From NCBI GenBank assembly GCA_965209155.1, contig OZ242383.1, positions 1,536,001 through 1,600,000 on the forward strand: a DNA stretch of 64,000 nucleotides, written 5' to 3'. Origin of the DNA: a bacterium. Lineage in GTDB: Bacteria; SAR324; NAC60-12. The notes below the pieces were generated by a model. It did not search any database. It was not told the DNA's origin and saw nothing but the letters and a program-made list of their open reading frames with translations. Shown piece after piece: positions 1 to 9,320 of this stretch (the stretch's first letter is position 1; every line of letters starts with the position of its first letter). The position numbers and the translations under genes are program-made.

Positions 1-344
1 GCCAAAAGCACCCCCATCAACGTTTGATTGCGGTGTTTGAACCACGCAGCAATACCAGTGTGTTAAAAATCCATCAATCTCGCTTGATTGCTTCTTTCGA
101 GCAGGCGGACGAAGTATTGCTGGCTTACCCTTACCGCATGGAGCAAATTCCGAACGGCGAACGACTGGATGTGGAAGCAATCGTTTCCTCCATTCGACAA
201 AAGGGTAAAAAAGCGGCAGCTTTTCATAAACCCGCTCAAATCATTGAACACTTGAGGCAGCATACGCAAGATGGCGATGTCGTATTGGTGATGAGCAACG
301 GAAAATTTGGCAATATTCACCAGTCGTTACTGGAAACCCTGTGA
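1..344 (+). CDS. mpl: Murein peptide ligase, C-terminal part (runs off window start)
   Basis: Motifs AVFEPRSNT and VLVMSNGKFGNIH typical of the Mpl C-terminus. Confidence 0.85.
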   Translation, partial: QKHPHQRLIAVFEPRSNTSVLKIHQSRLIASFEQADEVLLAYPYRMEQIPNGERLDVEAIVSSIRQKGKKAAAFHKPAQIIEHLRQHTQDGDVVLVMSNGKFGNIHQSLLETL

Positions 345-1735
345 CTGCTCCAACCTTCTTCGACCTGGAAGACTCGATGTCCAAAGAAAAAAATTCCGCA
401 CTTGCCGCACCGGGATGCGAGAAACAAGAATTTTATTCGTTTGAAGAGTTAAAAGCTCTGGAAAGGCAAGGCGTGTCCCTCCCCTCGCCTCAGCAGGTTC
501 ATATAGGCCGTGAAGTGCCATTGCGGCATTTTGGCAAAGGATCGATTCTTTATCCCTTTTGCCGGATCACAGGTAGTCGTACGAGTATCCATCCCAATGC
601 CCGGATCGGCCCTCGAGGGTCCGTGGTGCTGGAAAACAGCATTGTGGGCAGGGAGTCGGTGATAGGCAGCCAGGGTCCAGTTTGTTTGATTGATAGCCAA
701 ACGGGTCCCCTGACCGTTTTGGGAAGCGGAACAGCCGAACAGTCTGTTTTTTTGGGGAAAGAAACGAAGATCAATGATTTCACTACCGGTGTCGGATTTC
801 GAGCGCGTAAAGGGACGCTTTATGAAGAAGACGCATCCTCTGCGCAGCACACTGATACTAAAATGAGCGTCTTGTTTCCTTGGGTCACCTTGGGGAGCAA
901 TGTCAACCTTTGTGACTTGATGATGACTGGAGGAGTGGGGCCGGAAATTGGCAATTTTACGGAAGTTGGCAGCGGAACGGTTCATTTCAACTTTACCATC
1001 CGAGGAGATAAGGCGACGGCCTCTTTATTTGGAAATGTGCCGGCTGGCGTATTTTTGCAGGAAAAACGATTGTTCATTGGTGGAAACAACAGTCTGATCG
1101 GTCCCATACAGGCGGAGTTTGGCGCCTTGACTGCAGCCGGAGCGCGTATTGCGGGAAATTTAAAAAATGGTTTAAATACGGGACAAGCGCTGACTGCGGG
1201 ACACTGGGAATACGATCCCCGAATTTTCACCAGGAGCAAGGAAATCGTAGAACAACAAGTGCATTATGTCGCGCAATTGGTCGCCTTGTGCCATTGGTAT
1301 GAAGCGGTGCGTTTTCCTCTTGCCCAATCGGATCCCGAACGATTGACTCTCTTTCAGGCCGCCCGGCAAATCCTCGTTTTGAATATTCACGAGCGTATTT
1401 TCCAAATTGGATCATTCATCGAAGCCTTGGACACGTCCATTCGCCTTCTCCAGCAACAACCCCTTCCACCACGTGAAACCATCCAAGAACAAAAAATCCT
1501 GCTGGAGCACTGGCCTCGCTTGAAACAACATTTACAAGGATTTGAAAACCATTTCCGGGAAATTCCTTCCCTCCTTGCCGCTGCTCTGCAGGAGAGCGCT
1601 TCCCGTCTTGGTCCTCACTATACCCGGGTTATCCGGAACCTGCCCCGCAATTGCCGGGACTTGGGAAAATCCTGGCTTGAATCCATCGTTCACCGTGTAA
1701 CTATTCAGGTATCTTCCGAGAACCAATCGATTTAA
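341..1735 (+). CDS. GlmU-like left-handed beta-helix protein; last residues supplied by an inserted element
   Basis: 464-aa ORF with hexapeptide-like repeats and EVGSGTVHFNF / FIGGN motifs. Confidence 0.55.
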   Translation: MTAPTFFDLEDSMSKEKNSALAAPGCEKQEFYSFEELKALERQGVSLPSPQQVHIGREVPLRHFGKGSILYPFCRITGSRTSIHPNARIGPRGSVVLENSIVGRESVIGSQGPVCLIDSQTGPLTVLGSGTAEQSVFLGKETKINDFTTGVGFRARKGTLYEEDASSAQHTDTKMSVLFPWVTLGSNVNLCDLMMTGGVGPEIGNFTEVGSGTVHFNFTIRGDKATASLFGNVPAGVFLQEKRLFIGGNNSLIGPIQAEFGALTAAGARIAGNLKNGLNTGQALTAGHWEYDPRIFTRSKEIVEQQVHYVAQLVALCHWYEAVRFPLAQSDPERLTLFQAARQILVLNIHERIFQIGSFIEALDTSIRLLQQQPLPPRETIQEQKILLEHWPRLKQHLQGFENHFREIPSLLAAALQESASRLGPHYTRVIRNLPRNCRDLGKSWLESIVHRVTIQVSSENQSI

Positions 1736-3106
1736 ACACAGGTTTTGCGTGGCATAGAGTCCGGAAAGGACTTTATGCTCTCGAATGTTCATAAATATAT
1801 TGATTCCCTTTCATCGATTCCCCACCTCGAGGCTCTTCAAGAAGCCAGTCGACTCTTTGAAAAAGAACGAGAGCCATGGAAGCAAGAGCGCTTAGCACTC
1901 AGAAATCCGGGGACAGTTACGAAAATTATTCACGAAAACCAGACCCGATATTAGCGGGGATCGAAATCTTTCTCTTGGAGGAGAGCACGCAGCCGTTCGA
2001 CTTCCGCAAGCGCTTTTTCTTTTTGTTGTCGCTCTTGTTCTTTTTGCAGACGCTCTTGTTCTTCTCTTTGCAAGGCTTCTTCTTTTTGTTGTCGCTCTTG
2101 TTGAAAGCTTTTCAGGAGAAAGGGTTGGTAGAGAGGATCCTCGATTAATGTTTCAAAGGCCACCTGTTTTTCTAAATCCTCCAGACGAAAGGCGAAACGA
2201 TCCAAAACCCGGGAATGAATCACCCCGGGCTCTTGGTGCTTCATCCTCTCATAAACCCCTTGCTCATTGAGGAAATAGAAGGCGGTGTGCTTGCGCAAAC
2301 GGTCTAAAATATAATATTCCGCCACCCCTGCTTTGGCGTATTCTTCTTTTTTGTGGACCGTATCCCGTTCCACCTCCGCGGGAGTCGAGTCGGATAAAAA
2401 CTCGATACAGAGATCACAAACTCCCCTAAAAGAACGGTCCAGGGGTTGGGCCTCGACAAGATTGGAATGGAGAATCACGGCCAGATCCGGTTTGCGAATA
2501 CTCACCTTTTTCTTTCCCAACTCCAAACGAAAGCCCATTTCCAAGATCATGATCCGTCCGATGGGAAAGACAGTCAAATATTCTTCTAATAAGCGATAAA
2601 ACCATTGGTAGAGGGAGATGCTTAGAAAATCGGGCATGGGCTTTTCCTCCAAGAGTCCATTGTTCCATTCATATGAATGATCCGGGTATTCATAATACGT
2701 CTTCCAATACTCAGCCTCACTCACCCTGAGCGGCTCCTTGGCAGAAGGAGGCACCCGTCTTGGAGAAGAGTGATTTTTGACGGATTCTAAAGTAGTCATG
2801 ATGCCCTCGATGGGAAGGAGAGGTGAAATTTGTAGTCTTTTCAAAAACATAACACATTGTGTGGAGGACAGCAATTTCTATGTTGATCGACTTGTAAGTA
2901 TTCAGGTATCTTCAGAGAAGCCATCGATTCCCCACCTCGAGGCTCTTCAAGAAGCCAGTCCACTCTTTGAAAAAGGACGAGAGCCATGGAAGCAAGAGCG
3001 CTTAGCACTCTGAATCGTGGAAGGACTTGAAAACGATCGATTCTCTCCAGGAATCTTTTTTAATGATATTTAACTGAACGGGTTTTTCAGAGACCTGAAT
3101 AGTTAC
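1697..3106. mobile_element. Non-autonomous IS66-family (ISBst12-type ends) composite element carrying a Uma2 gene
   Basis: IRL GTAACTATTCAG at 1697; second IRL-like copy at 2894; IRR CTGAATAGTTAC at 3095-3106; exact 8-bp duplication TTCACCGT at 1689-1696 and 3107-3114. Confidence 0.9.
1951..2799 (-). CDS. Uma2 family (DUF820) PD-(D/E)XK endonuclease with repetitive coiled-coil tail
   Basis: YEWNNGLLEEKPM, RKPDLAV, DLCIEFLS, KKEEYAKAGVAEYYILD motifs; QERQQKE repeats. Confidence 0.85.
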   Translation of the reverse strand: MTTLESVKNHSSPRRVPPSAKEPLRVSEAEYWKTYYEYPDHSYEWNNGLLEEKPMPDFLSISLYQWFYRLLEEYLTVFPIGRIMILEMGFRLELGKKKVSIRKPDLAVILHSNLVEAQPLDRSFRGVCDLCIEFLSDSTPAEVERDTVHKKEEYAKAGVAEYYILDRLRKHTAFYFLNEQGVYERMKHQEPGVIHSRVLDRFAFRLEDLEKQVAFETLIEDPLYQPFLLKSFQQERQQKEEALQREEQERLQKEQERQQKEKALAEVERLRALLQEKDFDPR

Positions 3107-3152
3107 TTCACCGTTTTGAATATTTCTTTAGTGAACGCATTTGAAAGAAATT

Positions 3153-5888
3153 TCAAGAGTTGAGACGTTTGACTAAATCATGGAGATAAGTCAGCGACTG
3201 CAGTGGAGTCATCTCGTCGAGATCGAGCCTTCTCAACTCCTGGAGAAAGGGCGATTCGTCAGCAAAGAGGCTCAATTGTTCGAAGATCGGGGCATTGTAG
3301 ACCACGCTGGATTCTTTGACCTGTCGTTCCGGTGAGGATGAGTCGGGGGGTGAAACGGATTTGGGGGTTGCCGGGGGTGATTGCTCGATGAGTTGAGGGA
3401 GATGAGATTCGAGGGAAACCGATTCGAGATTTTCCATCACGATGACTGCCCGGTCAATAACGGAGGCAGGCAAGCCGGCCAATTTGGCCACCTGTACCCC
3501 ATAGCTCTTATCCGCTTCTCCTGGAACGACCTTGCGCATGAAAATGATCTGGTCGGCTTCTTCTTTGATCAGGATATTGAAATTCTTCACTTTTTTCAAT
3601 TGTTTCGCCATTGCGGTCATTTCGTGATAATGGGTGGCGCAAAGGGTCAGCGCTCCTTGATCGTGCAGGAATTCCACTATGGACCAGGCCAGGCTGATAC
3701 CATCGAAAGTGCTGGTGCCTCGACCAATTTCATCGAGAATGATCAAACTGCGATCCGTCGCATTGTTTAAGATTGCTGCCGCTTCATTCATCTCGACCAT
3801 GAAAGTGCTTTCACCCTGACTGAGTTTGTCTGTGGCGCCAACACGGGTGAAAACGCGGTCCACAATGGAAATTGAGGCGGAACCTGCCGGAATGTAACTG
3901 CCGCATTGGGCCATCAATACATTGAGGGCGACTTGCCGCATCAGTGTGGATTTTCCCGCCATGTTGGGACCCGTGATGAGCATGATTTGCTGGTCGTTTT
4001 CATTCAATTCCACGTCGTTGGGCACGAAAGGTTCTTCAAAATCAATTTGTTCGATCACCGGATGACGACTCGCTTGCAGGGACAACTGACGTGCTGCATG
4101 CAACGAATGGAGCGATGGCCGAACGTAGTTGTTGTTCTCCGCCACGTAGGACAAACTGGCCAGGACATCAACGCTTGCAATGTCGAAAGATGTTTTCTGG
4201 ATGCGGGCGATACGAGTCACCACCAGTTGCTTCAGTTGTTGAAACAATTCGTATTCCAGTTGACAAATTCTTTCGTCTGCTCCCAGGATTTCTTCTTCCA
4301 GTTCTTTCAATTCAGGAGTAACGTAGCGCTCCGCATTCACCAGGGTCTGTTTACGGATATAATGTTCCGGAACGTTTTTGCGATGGGCGTTGCTCACTTC
4401 CAGGAAATATCCGAAGACCTTGTTGAATCCGATTTTCAGGGAGGGGAGGCCTGTTTGTTCACGTTCTTTTTGCAACAATGCATTGAGGAATTGTTTGCTG
4501 TTACGGGAGAGGGTGCGCAGTTGATCCAACTCTTCAGAGAGACCGTCCGCCATGAAATTTCCTTCTCTCAGCTTGACGGCAGGTTCTTCTAACAATTGCG
4601 TCTGAAGCAGTTGCAACACGTCTTGCAAGGGATCGAAGTCTTGCTGAATTTCTTGAAGTAAGGGGGATTGAAGGTGTTTGAGGAATTCAGGCATATCCGT
4701 GACGGGAAGCAGGGATTCCCTCAATCCCACCAAATCATTGATACCCGCAACAGGTAAGCTGATCCGTCCCGCAATTCGCGGCAGGTCCTGGATCCGCTTC
4801 AACTGGACACGGAGTTCAACGCAGAGAATGAATTGGTTGTGCAATTCTTCAATGGCGTCAAAACGCCTGTTGATGTGATCCTTGTCCAGCAAGGGTTGGC
4901 GCAGCCATTGTCTCAGCATGCGAGCTCCCATGGCGGTACAAGTCTGGTTGAGCACTCCAAAAAGAGTGTGCTGGTCATTCCCGCTATGACTTTCGAATAT
5001 TTCCAGGTTGGAGAGGGTGGTTTCATCGAGCAACATGAAATTTTCAAAAGAATGCTGCTTGATGTGGTTTATGTGGCGCAGGTCGCTTTTTTGAGTTTCC
5101 GTGAGATAGCGCAAAAGCGCCCCTGCGGCTGCAATGCCAAATTTCAAATACGCGATCCCGAAGCCCGACAAGTTGAGCGTTTTAAAATGAGATTTGAGTA
5201 GTTTTTCTGCAGCATCCTGATCAAAATAATAAGGATCCAGGAAACTCATAGCAGGTGGAGGTTGAGATGCTTTTTGAAGCAATCGTTCCATTTGCCGCGA
5301 GAATTCTTCTAAAAATTCGCTTTCTGCCAGGGAACGGCTTTGAGAAAATAAGATTTCCTGGGGTGCCACTTGAAAGAGAAAATCGTATACGCGGGTCATT
5401 TCGCCGAGGGAGAATTCCAGCACTTCAAATTCTCCAGTAGAAACATCCACCAAGGCCAATCCCAATTGTTTACGGCGTAACTTGATATTGATGGCTATCA
5501 AGTAGTGATTGCGATCCGGATGGATCAACTGGGGAGAAACCGTCGTACCCGGTGTGACAATACGCACGATATCCCGTTTGACAATTCCTTTCGCCTGAGT
5601 CGGATCTTCCATTTGTTCGCAGATGGCGACCTTGAACCCCGCAGAGGTCAATTTATTCAAATACTGTTCATAGGCATGAAAAGGAACCCCGCACATGGGT
5701 ATGGCTTTTTCCCTGTTTTTATCGCGAGAAGTCAATGCGATCTGGAGAACTTTGGCAGCTCGTACCGCGTCTTCACCAAACATTTCATAAAAGTCGCCCA
5801 TACGGAAAAATAAAATTTTATCGGGATGTTCATTTTTCAGCGTATAGAATTGCCGCATCATCGGCGTTTCCGCTTCAGGAACTTTCAT
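3153..5888 (-). CDS. mutS: DNA mismatch repair protein MutS
   Basis: TPMMRQF, FRMGDFYEMF, TGPNMAGKST, DEIGRGTST. Confidence 0.98.
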   Translation of the reverse strand: MKVPEAETPMMRQFYTLKNEHPDKILFFRMGDFYEMFGEDAVRAAKVLQIALTSRDKNREKAIPMCGVPFHAYEQYLNKLTSAGFKVAICEQMEDPTQAKGIVKRDIVRIVTPGTTVSPQLIHPDRNHYLIAINIKLRRKQLGLALVDVSTGEFEVLEFSLGEMTRVYDFLFQVAPQEILFSQSRSLAESEFLEEFSRQMERLLQKASQPPPAMSFLDPYYFDQDAAEKLLKSHFKTLNLSGFGIAYLKFGIAAAGALLRYLTETQKSDLRHINHIKQHSFENFMLLDETTLSNLEIFESHSGNDQHTLFGVLNQTCTAMGARMLRQWLRQPLLDKDHINRRFDAIEELHNQFILCVELRVQLKRIQDLPRIAGRISLPVAGINDLVGLRESLLPVTDMPEFLKHLQSPLLQEIQQDFDPLQDVLQLLQTQLLEEPAVKLREGNFMADGLSEELDQLRTLSRNSKQFLNALLQKEREQTGLPSLKIGFNKVFGYFLEVSNAHRKNVPEHYIRKQTLVNAERYVTPELKELEEEILGADERICQLEYELFQQLKQLVVTRIARIQKTSFDIASVDVLASLSYVAENNNYVRPSLHSLHAARQLSLQASRHPVIEQIDFEEPFVPNDVELNENDQQIMLITGPNMAGKSTLMRQVALNVLMAQCGSYIPAGSASISIVDRVFTRVGATDKLSQGESTFMVEMNEAAAILNNATDRSLIILDEIGRGTSTFDGISLAWSIVEFLHDQGALTLCATHYHEMTAMAKQLKKVKNFNILIKEEADQIIFMRKVVPGEADKSYGVQVAKLAGLPASVIDRAVIVMENLESVSLESHLPQLIEQSPPATPKSVSPPDSSSPERQVKESSVVYNAPIFEQLSLFADESPFLQELRRLDLDEMTPLQSLTYLHDLVKRLNS

Positions 5889-6094
5889 TGTTACTCAATC
5901 CCTTCGTCTGTGGAGAATCTAACCTGATTGCTCGGCTTTGATCGACCGGCATCATTATTCTTTTGTTTATAGAAGCGCTCGTTGTTTGTCAAATTGGATT
6001 GTGTTGATTAAACCTGTTGTTTTGTATATGTTCGATTTCTGAACGCCAATGACATTTTGGTCCATTCCCCTCAACTTTAAAGTAATTTCAGGAA

Positions 6095-6643
6095 ATGTTC
6101 ATGCTATCGATCAAAGCGCTGCATATCATTGCTGTCGTGGTTTGGTTCAGTGGCCTGTTTTATATCGGACGTTTGTTTGTTTACCACCAGGAAGCCAATC
6201 AACGTGCAGAGGCCGAACAGCAGGTATTGAAACCCCAATTTGCCTTGATGGAAAAGCGGCTCTGGTATGCCATTACATGGCCTGGAATGATCGCTACCGT
6301 CATTACAGGCATACTTCTTTTGTATTATATCGGAATACCCGGGTGGATTCATGCCAAACTGTTCCTGGTTGCCGTCTTGTTGGCATATCATGGGGGATGT
6401 GGTCGATTGAGACGACAATTATTGAGTGAACGGTGTTCCTGGAGCAGCCGGCAGTTGAGGATGTTCAATGAAATCCCTTCATTGCTCCTGGTGACGATCG
6501 TCTTTGTCGTGGTTTTGAAGGACCAACTGTCATGGCCGGTTTTATTGTTGGGAATTACTGGTTTGGCAGTGGTCATCATGGGAGGAGTGCAATTGTTTGC
6601 CAGGAAGAGAAAACGCCAGGCTGGTACCACGAATCGTCGTTGA
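6095..6643 (+). CDS. hemJ: Protoporphyrinogen oxidase HemJ
   Basis: KALHIIAVVVWFSGLFY..RLFVYH, MEKRL, RMFNEIP. Confidence 0.9.
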   Translation: MFMLSIKALHIIAVVVWFSGLFYIGRLFVYHQEANQRAEAEQQVLKPQFALMEKRLWYAITWPGMIATVITGILLLYYIGIPGWIHAKLFLVAVLLAYHGGCGRLRRQLLSERCSWSSRQLRMFNEIPSLLLVTIVFVVVLKDQLSWPVLLLGITGLAVVIMGGVQLFARKRKRQAGTTNRR

Positions 6644-6778
6644 AAACTCCCGTCGAATCGCTGAATTTCACCGTGCTTTCGCGAGGATGGCACAGACCAC
6701 CCGGATACTCATCTTATTGAAGGTTTATGTCGAAAATGTGAATCAGGAGTTGAATTTTAATTTATAAAATCAATAATT

Positions 6779-7015
6779 TAATAATTATGATGAGTCATGT
6801 CGGGACCGGGATGATCCGTCATCCAAAATATCGCCCGTATCCCCCTGGATTCCTGGTCAAGCCAGGAATGACACGATTTTAAATCCTGATTCAGGTTAAT
6901 ATAATAATTATGATGAGTCATATCGGGACCGGGATGATCCGTCATCCAAAATATCGCCCGTATCCCCCTGGATTCCTGGTCAAGCCAGGAATGACACGAT
7001 ATAAATCCTGATTCA
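6779..7015 (+). repeat. Tandem duplication (123-bp period) of an RPE/REP-like palindromic element
   Basis: Two near-identical units containing CTGGATTCCTGGTCAAGCCAGGAATGAC. Confidence 0.9.
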
Positions 7016-7039
7016 CGTGTCGAACTGAGGTGGATTCAT

Positions 7040-7258
7040 CGATTTTTTGCAAATCCCGTATTTATTTTTTATCAGGGGCTTGACATAGAGAATTAGTAGC
7101 GCTAAAAAAGCCTTCACTGAGTTGTTTCAGTGTAAAGAGAGAGAAGGTTCCCGGTCGATTGGGCAAAATCGTGGGAAGACGTGAAAACGATCGATCCCCT
7201 CCTGGAATCTTTTTTCGATATTTAACTAAACGAGTTCTCAACAGACCTGAATAGTTAC
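7040..7258 (+). mobile_element. Isolated right end of the IS66-derived element
   Basis: Homologous to ~51125-51342; ends in CTGAATAGTTAC. Confidence 0.8.
7114..7215 (+). ncRNA. Candidate small structured RNA inside the IS66-derived right end (copy 1)
   Basis: TTGACA at 7080; hairpin CACTGA/TCAGTG; multibranch stem closing on a T-run; compensatory change versus the copy at 51201. Confidence 0.45.
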
Positions 7259-7314
7259 ATTGACTGTCAGATGAATTTATAAAAAATTACGCAAATCAAG
7301 AATTGAATAAGTAT

Positions 7315-7418
7315 GTCATTCCTGGCTTGACCAGGAATCCATCGGCACGTTCAAGCGTGAAATCAGAGCGATGCCTTGATACCGGATCATCCCGGAGTTG
7401 CTCCGGGACCAGTATGAC
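7315..7418. repeat. RPE/REP-like palindromic element, inverted relative to the 6779-7015 copies
   Basis: GTCATTCCTGGCTTGACCAGGAATCC ... ATGAC. Confidence 0.8.
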
Positions 7419-7513
7419 ACATCCTTTTATATAATAATCTGACTCTCAATTACTTATCGGGTTTTTCAGAGACCTGGACAATGACTCTCAATCATTCTCA
7501 AAATGGAGCATAA

Positions 7514-9274
7514 ATGAAAAATATCAGTAAAAAGATGATGACCTTATGGGTCGTGTTGTTGGTAGCAGGCGTGGTGTCTGCTGCAGAAATGGTGACGTTG
7601 AAGCTGAAGAAGCTCGATGGCATGGAGGTCACCAAAGAAGTGGAAAAACCGCAATATGGCGGTTCCATTACCGATCTCATGAGAGCGGGAGAACCCTCCT
7701 TTGACCCGCTGCTTTTCGTGGCGATGGCCCATACCGTCCCACCGATGTATGACGGGCAATTCGATACGAACTGGTATCGAGGGCCTGCCGGCACTGGCGA
7801 GTTCCCCTATAACACGACAGTGACGCCCCCCGCGTCCCTCAAAGGCGGGGTCATCGAGACTTGGGAGCAGCCCACGCTCACGAAGATGATCTTTCATATC
7901 AGGAAGGGCATTCACTACTGGAATAAGAGTGACGTGCTGCACCCCTATGATCAAGTGGAATCGGCCTATGGCCGGGAGTTGGATGCGTTTGATGTCGAAC
8001 ATAGCTGCAATAATATGTTTGTCAATGACAGGTCTCTCCTGAATGGATATGGTGGGGCTAAATGCAAGGCTACGGACAAATGGACGGTGGAATACACATG
8101 GAATGACCCGGATGGTCTCGGGAAAATGATCCGGTTTTATACCTTTCAACACGGAGTCTACCCGAAGGAAACCAAGGGTATCAACCTGGGTGACTGGCAG
8201 AATGCCCTCGGATCCGGCCCCTTCATCCCGACAGGCTTTACCCCGGGCAGTATCGCCACCTACAAAAAGAACCCGAGCTACTGGGACCATGACCCCCTTC
8301 ATCCCGAAAACAAGTTGCCCTATCTCGACGGCATGAAGATGATCGTGTTTTCAGATTGGCCGACGCACATTGCCGCCCTGCGCTCAGGCAAGATTGATAA
8401 AATTGCCCCCTGGTACGGAGTTCCGCCGAATTATGTGGCAGAGCTCTCAGAGAGCAACCCCGAGTTGATGCACGTCCCATCCACGGGAGATCAAAGGCCG
8501 ATCGATGTGCGGCTCGATGTCAAGCCATGGGACGATATCCGGATACGAAAAGCCGCCATGCTTGCCCTGGATCACCAGGGGATCATCGACGAATTCTTCC
8601 AAGGCAGCGGGGAGTTGCTTACCAGCTACAGCTTCAAGGCGAGCGCCCCCTTTCACCATTCCCTGGAGGAACTCCCCCCGGATCTGCAGGAAAATTACGG
8701 GTATGACCCGGAAAGAGCCAAAAAGCTGCTGGCCGAAGCCGGCTTTCCTGATGGCTTTGACACCTCCATCACCTGCAAGGCCGACCAGTGTGAGTTGATT
8801 GAATTGTATGCAGCCTACCTTTCCGTTGTCGGGATTCGGGCCGAAGTGAAACCCATGGAAGCCGCTGAGCATAACTCCATGTGGAATCAATATAAGTGGC
8901 CCGAGTTGGCCAGTCAGGACACAGGAAACCTGGGAATCTCAGAGTGGATGGCTTTCTCCGGAGAGATCCACCCGGGCCAGGGTCACGTGAGGCCCATCGA
9001 AGACCCGGAATGGAAAAAAATGTGGCAGAGCTATTCCACCGATACGGACCGTGACAGCCAGCTGGAAAAATGGAAAGAGTTGAATATCTACACGCTCCGC
9101 AAACTGTGGAATATCCAGACGGTAGCCGCCGTTCCACACAACTACTGGCAGCCGTGGCTGAGGAACTACAGTGGGGAACAGGGCGTCTTTGAGACCTTCT
9201 GGTACATCAACAAGTTCATCTGGATCGACTGTGACATGAAGCAGGAAAGAAGCGGCCGGGACTGCAACGATTAG
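7514..9274 (+). CDS. ABC transporter substrate-binding protein, family 5 (module 1)
   Basis: Signal peptide; PQYGG, GSGPF, NPSYW, LPYLD, YDPERAKKLLAEAGFPDGF. Confidence 0.92.
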   Translation: MKNISKKMMTLWVVLLVAGVVSAAEMVTLKLKKLDGMEVTKEVEKPQYGGSITDLMRAGEPSFDPLLFVAMAHTVPPMYDGQFDTNWYRGPAGTGEFPYNTTVTPPASLKGGVIETWEQPTLTKMIFHIRKGIHYWNKSDVLHPYDQVESAYGRELDAFDVEHSCNNMFVNDRSLLNGYGGAKCKATDKWTVEYTWNDPDGLGKMIRFYTFQHGVYPKETKGINLGDWQNALGSGPFIPTGFTPGSIATYKKNPSYWDHDPLHPENKLPYLDGMKMIVFSDWPTHIAALRSGKIDKIAPWYGVPPNYVAELSESNPELMHVPSTGDQRPIDVRLDVKPWDDIRIRKAAMLALDHQGIIDEFFQGSGELLTSYSFKASAPFHHSLEELPPDLQENYGYDPERAKKLLAEAGFPDGFDTSITCKADQCELIELYAAYLSVVGIRAEVKPMEAAEHNSMWNQYKWPELASQDTGNLGISEWMAFSGEIHPGQGHVRPIEDPEWKKMWQSYSTDTDRDSQLEKWKELNIYTLRKLWNIQTVAAVPHNYWQPWLRNYSGEQGVFETFWYINKFIWIDCDMKQERSGRDCND

Positions 9275-9320
9275 GACAGGCCCAATCCATTGTTCGTCAC
9301 TTTCAGCAGAGAAAAATCGG

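Noticed and set aside
6779..7015. Possible CRISPR array
   Set aside because: Only two 123-bp units with no unique spacers, and no cas genes in the window
2894..7258. Composite transposon spanning mutS-hemJ
   Set aside because: Flanks ATCGACTT and ATTGACTG match only 6/8, and a perfect TSD already explains the 1697-3106 element
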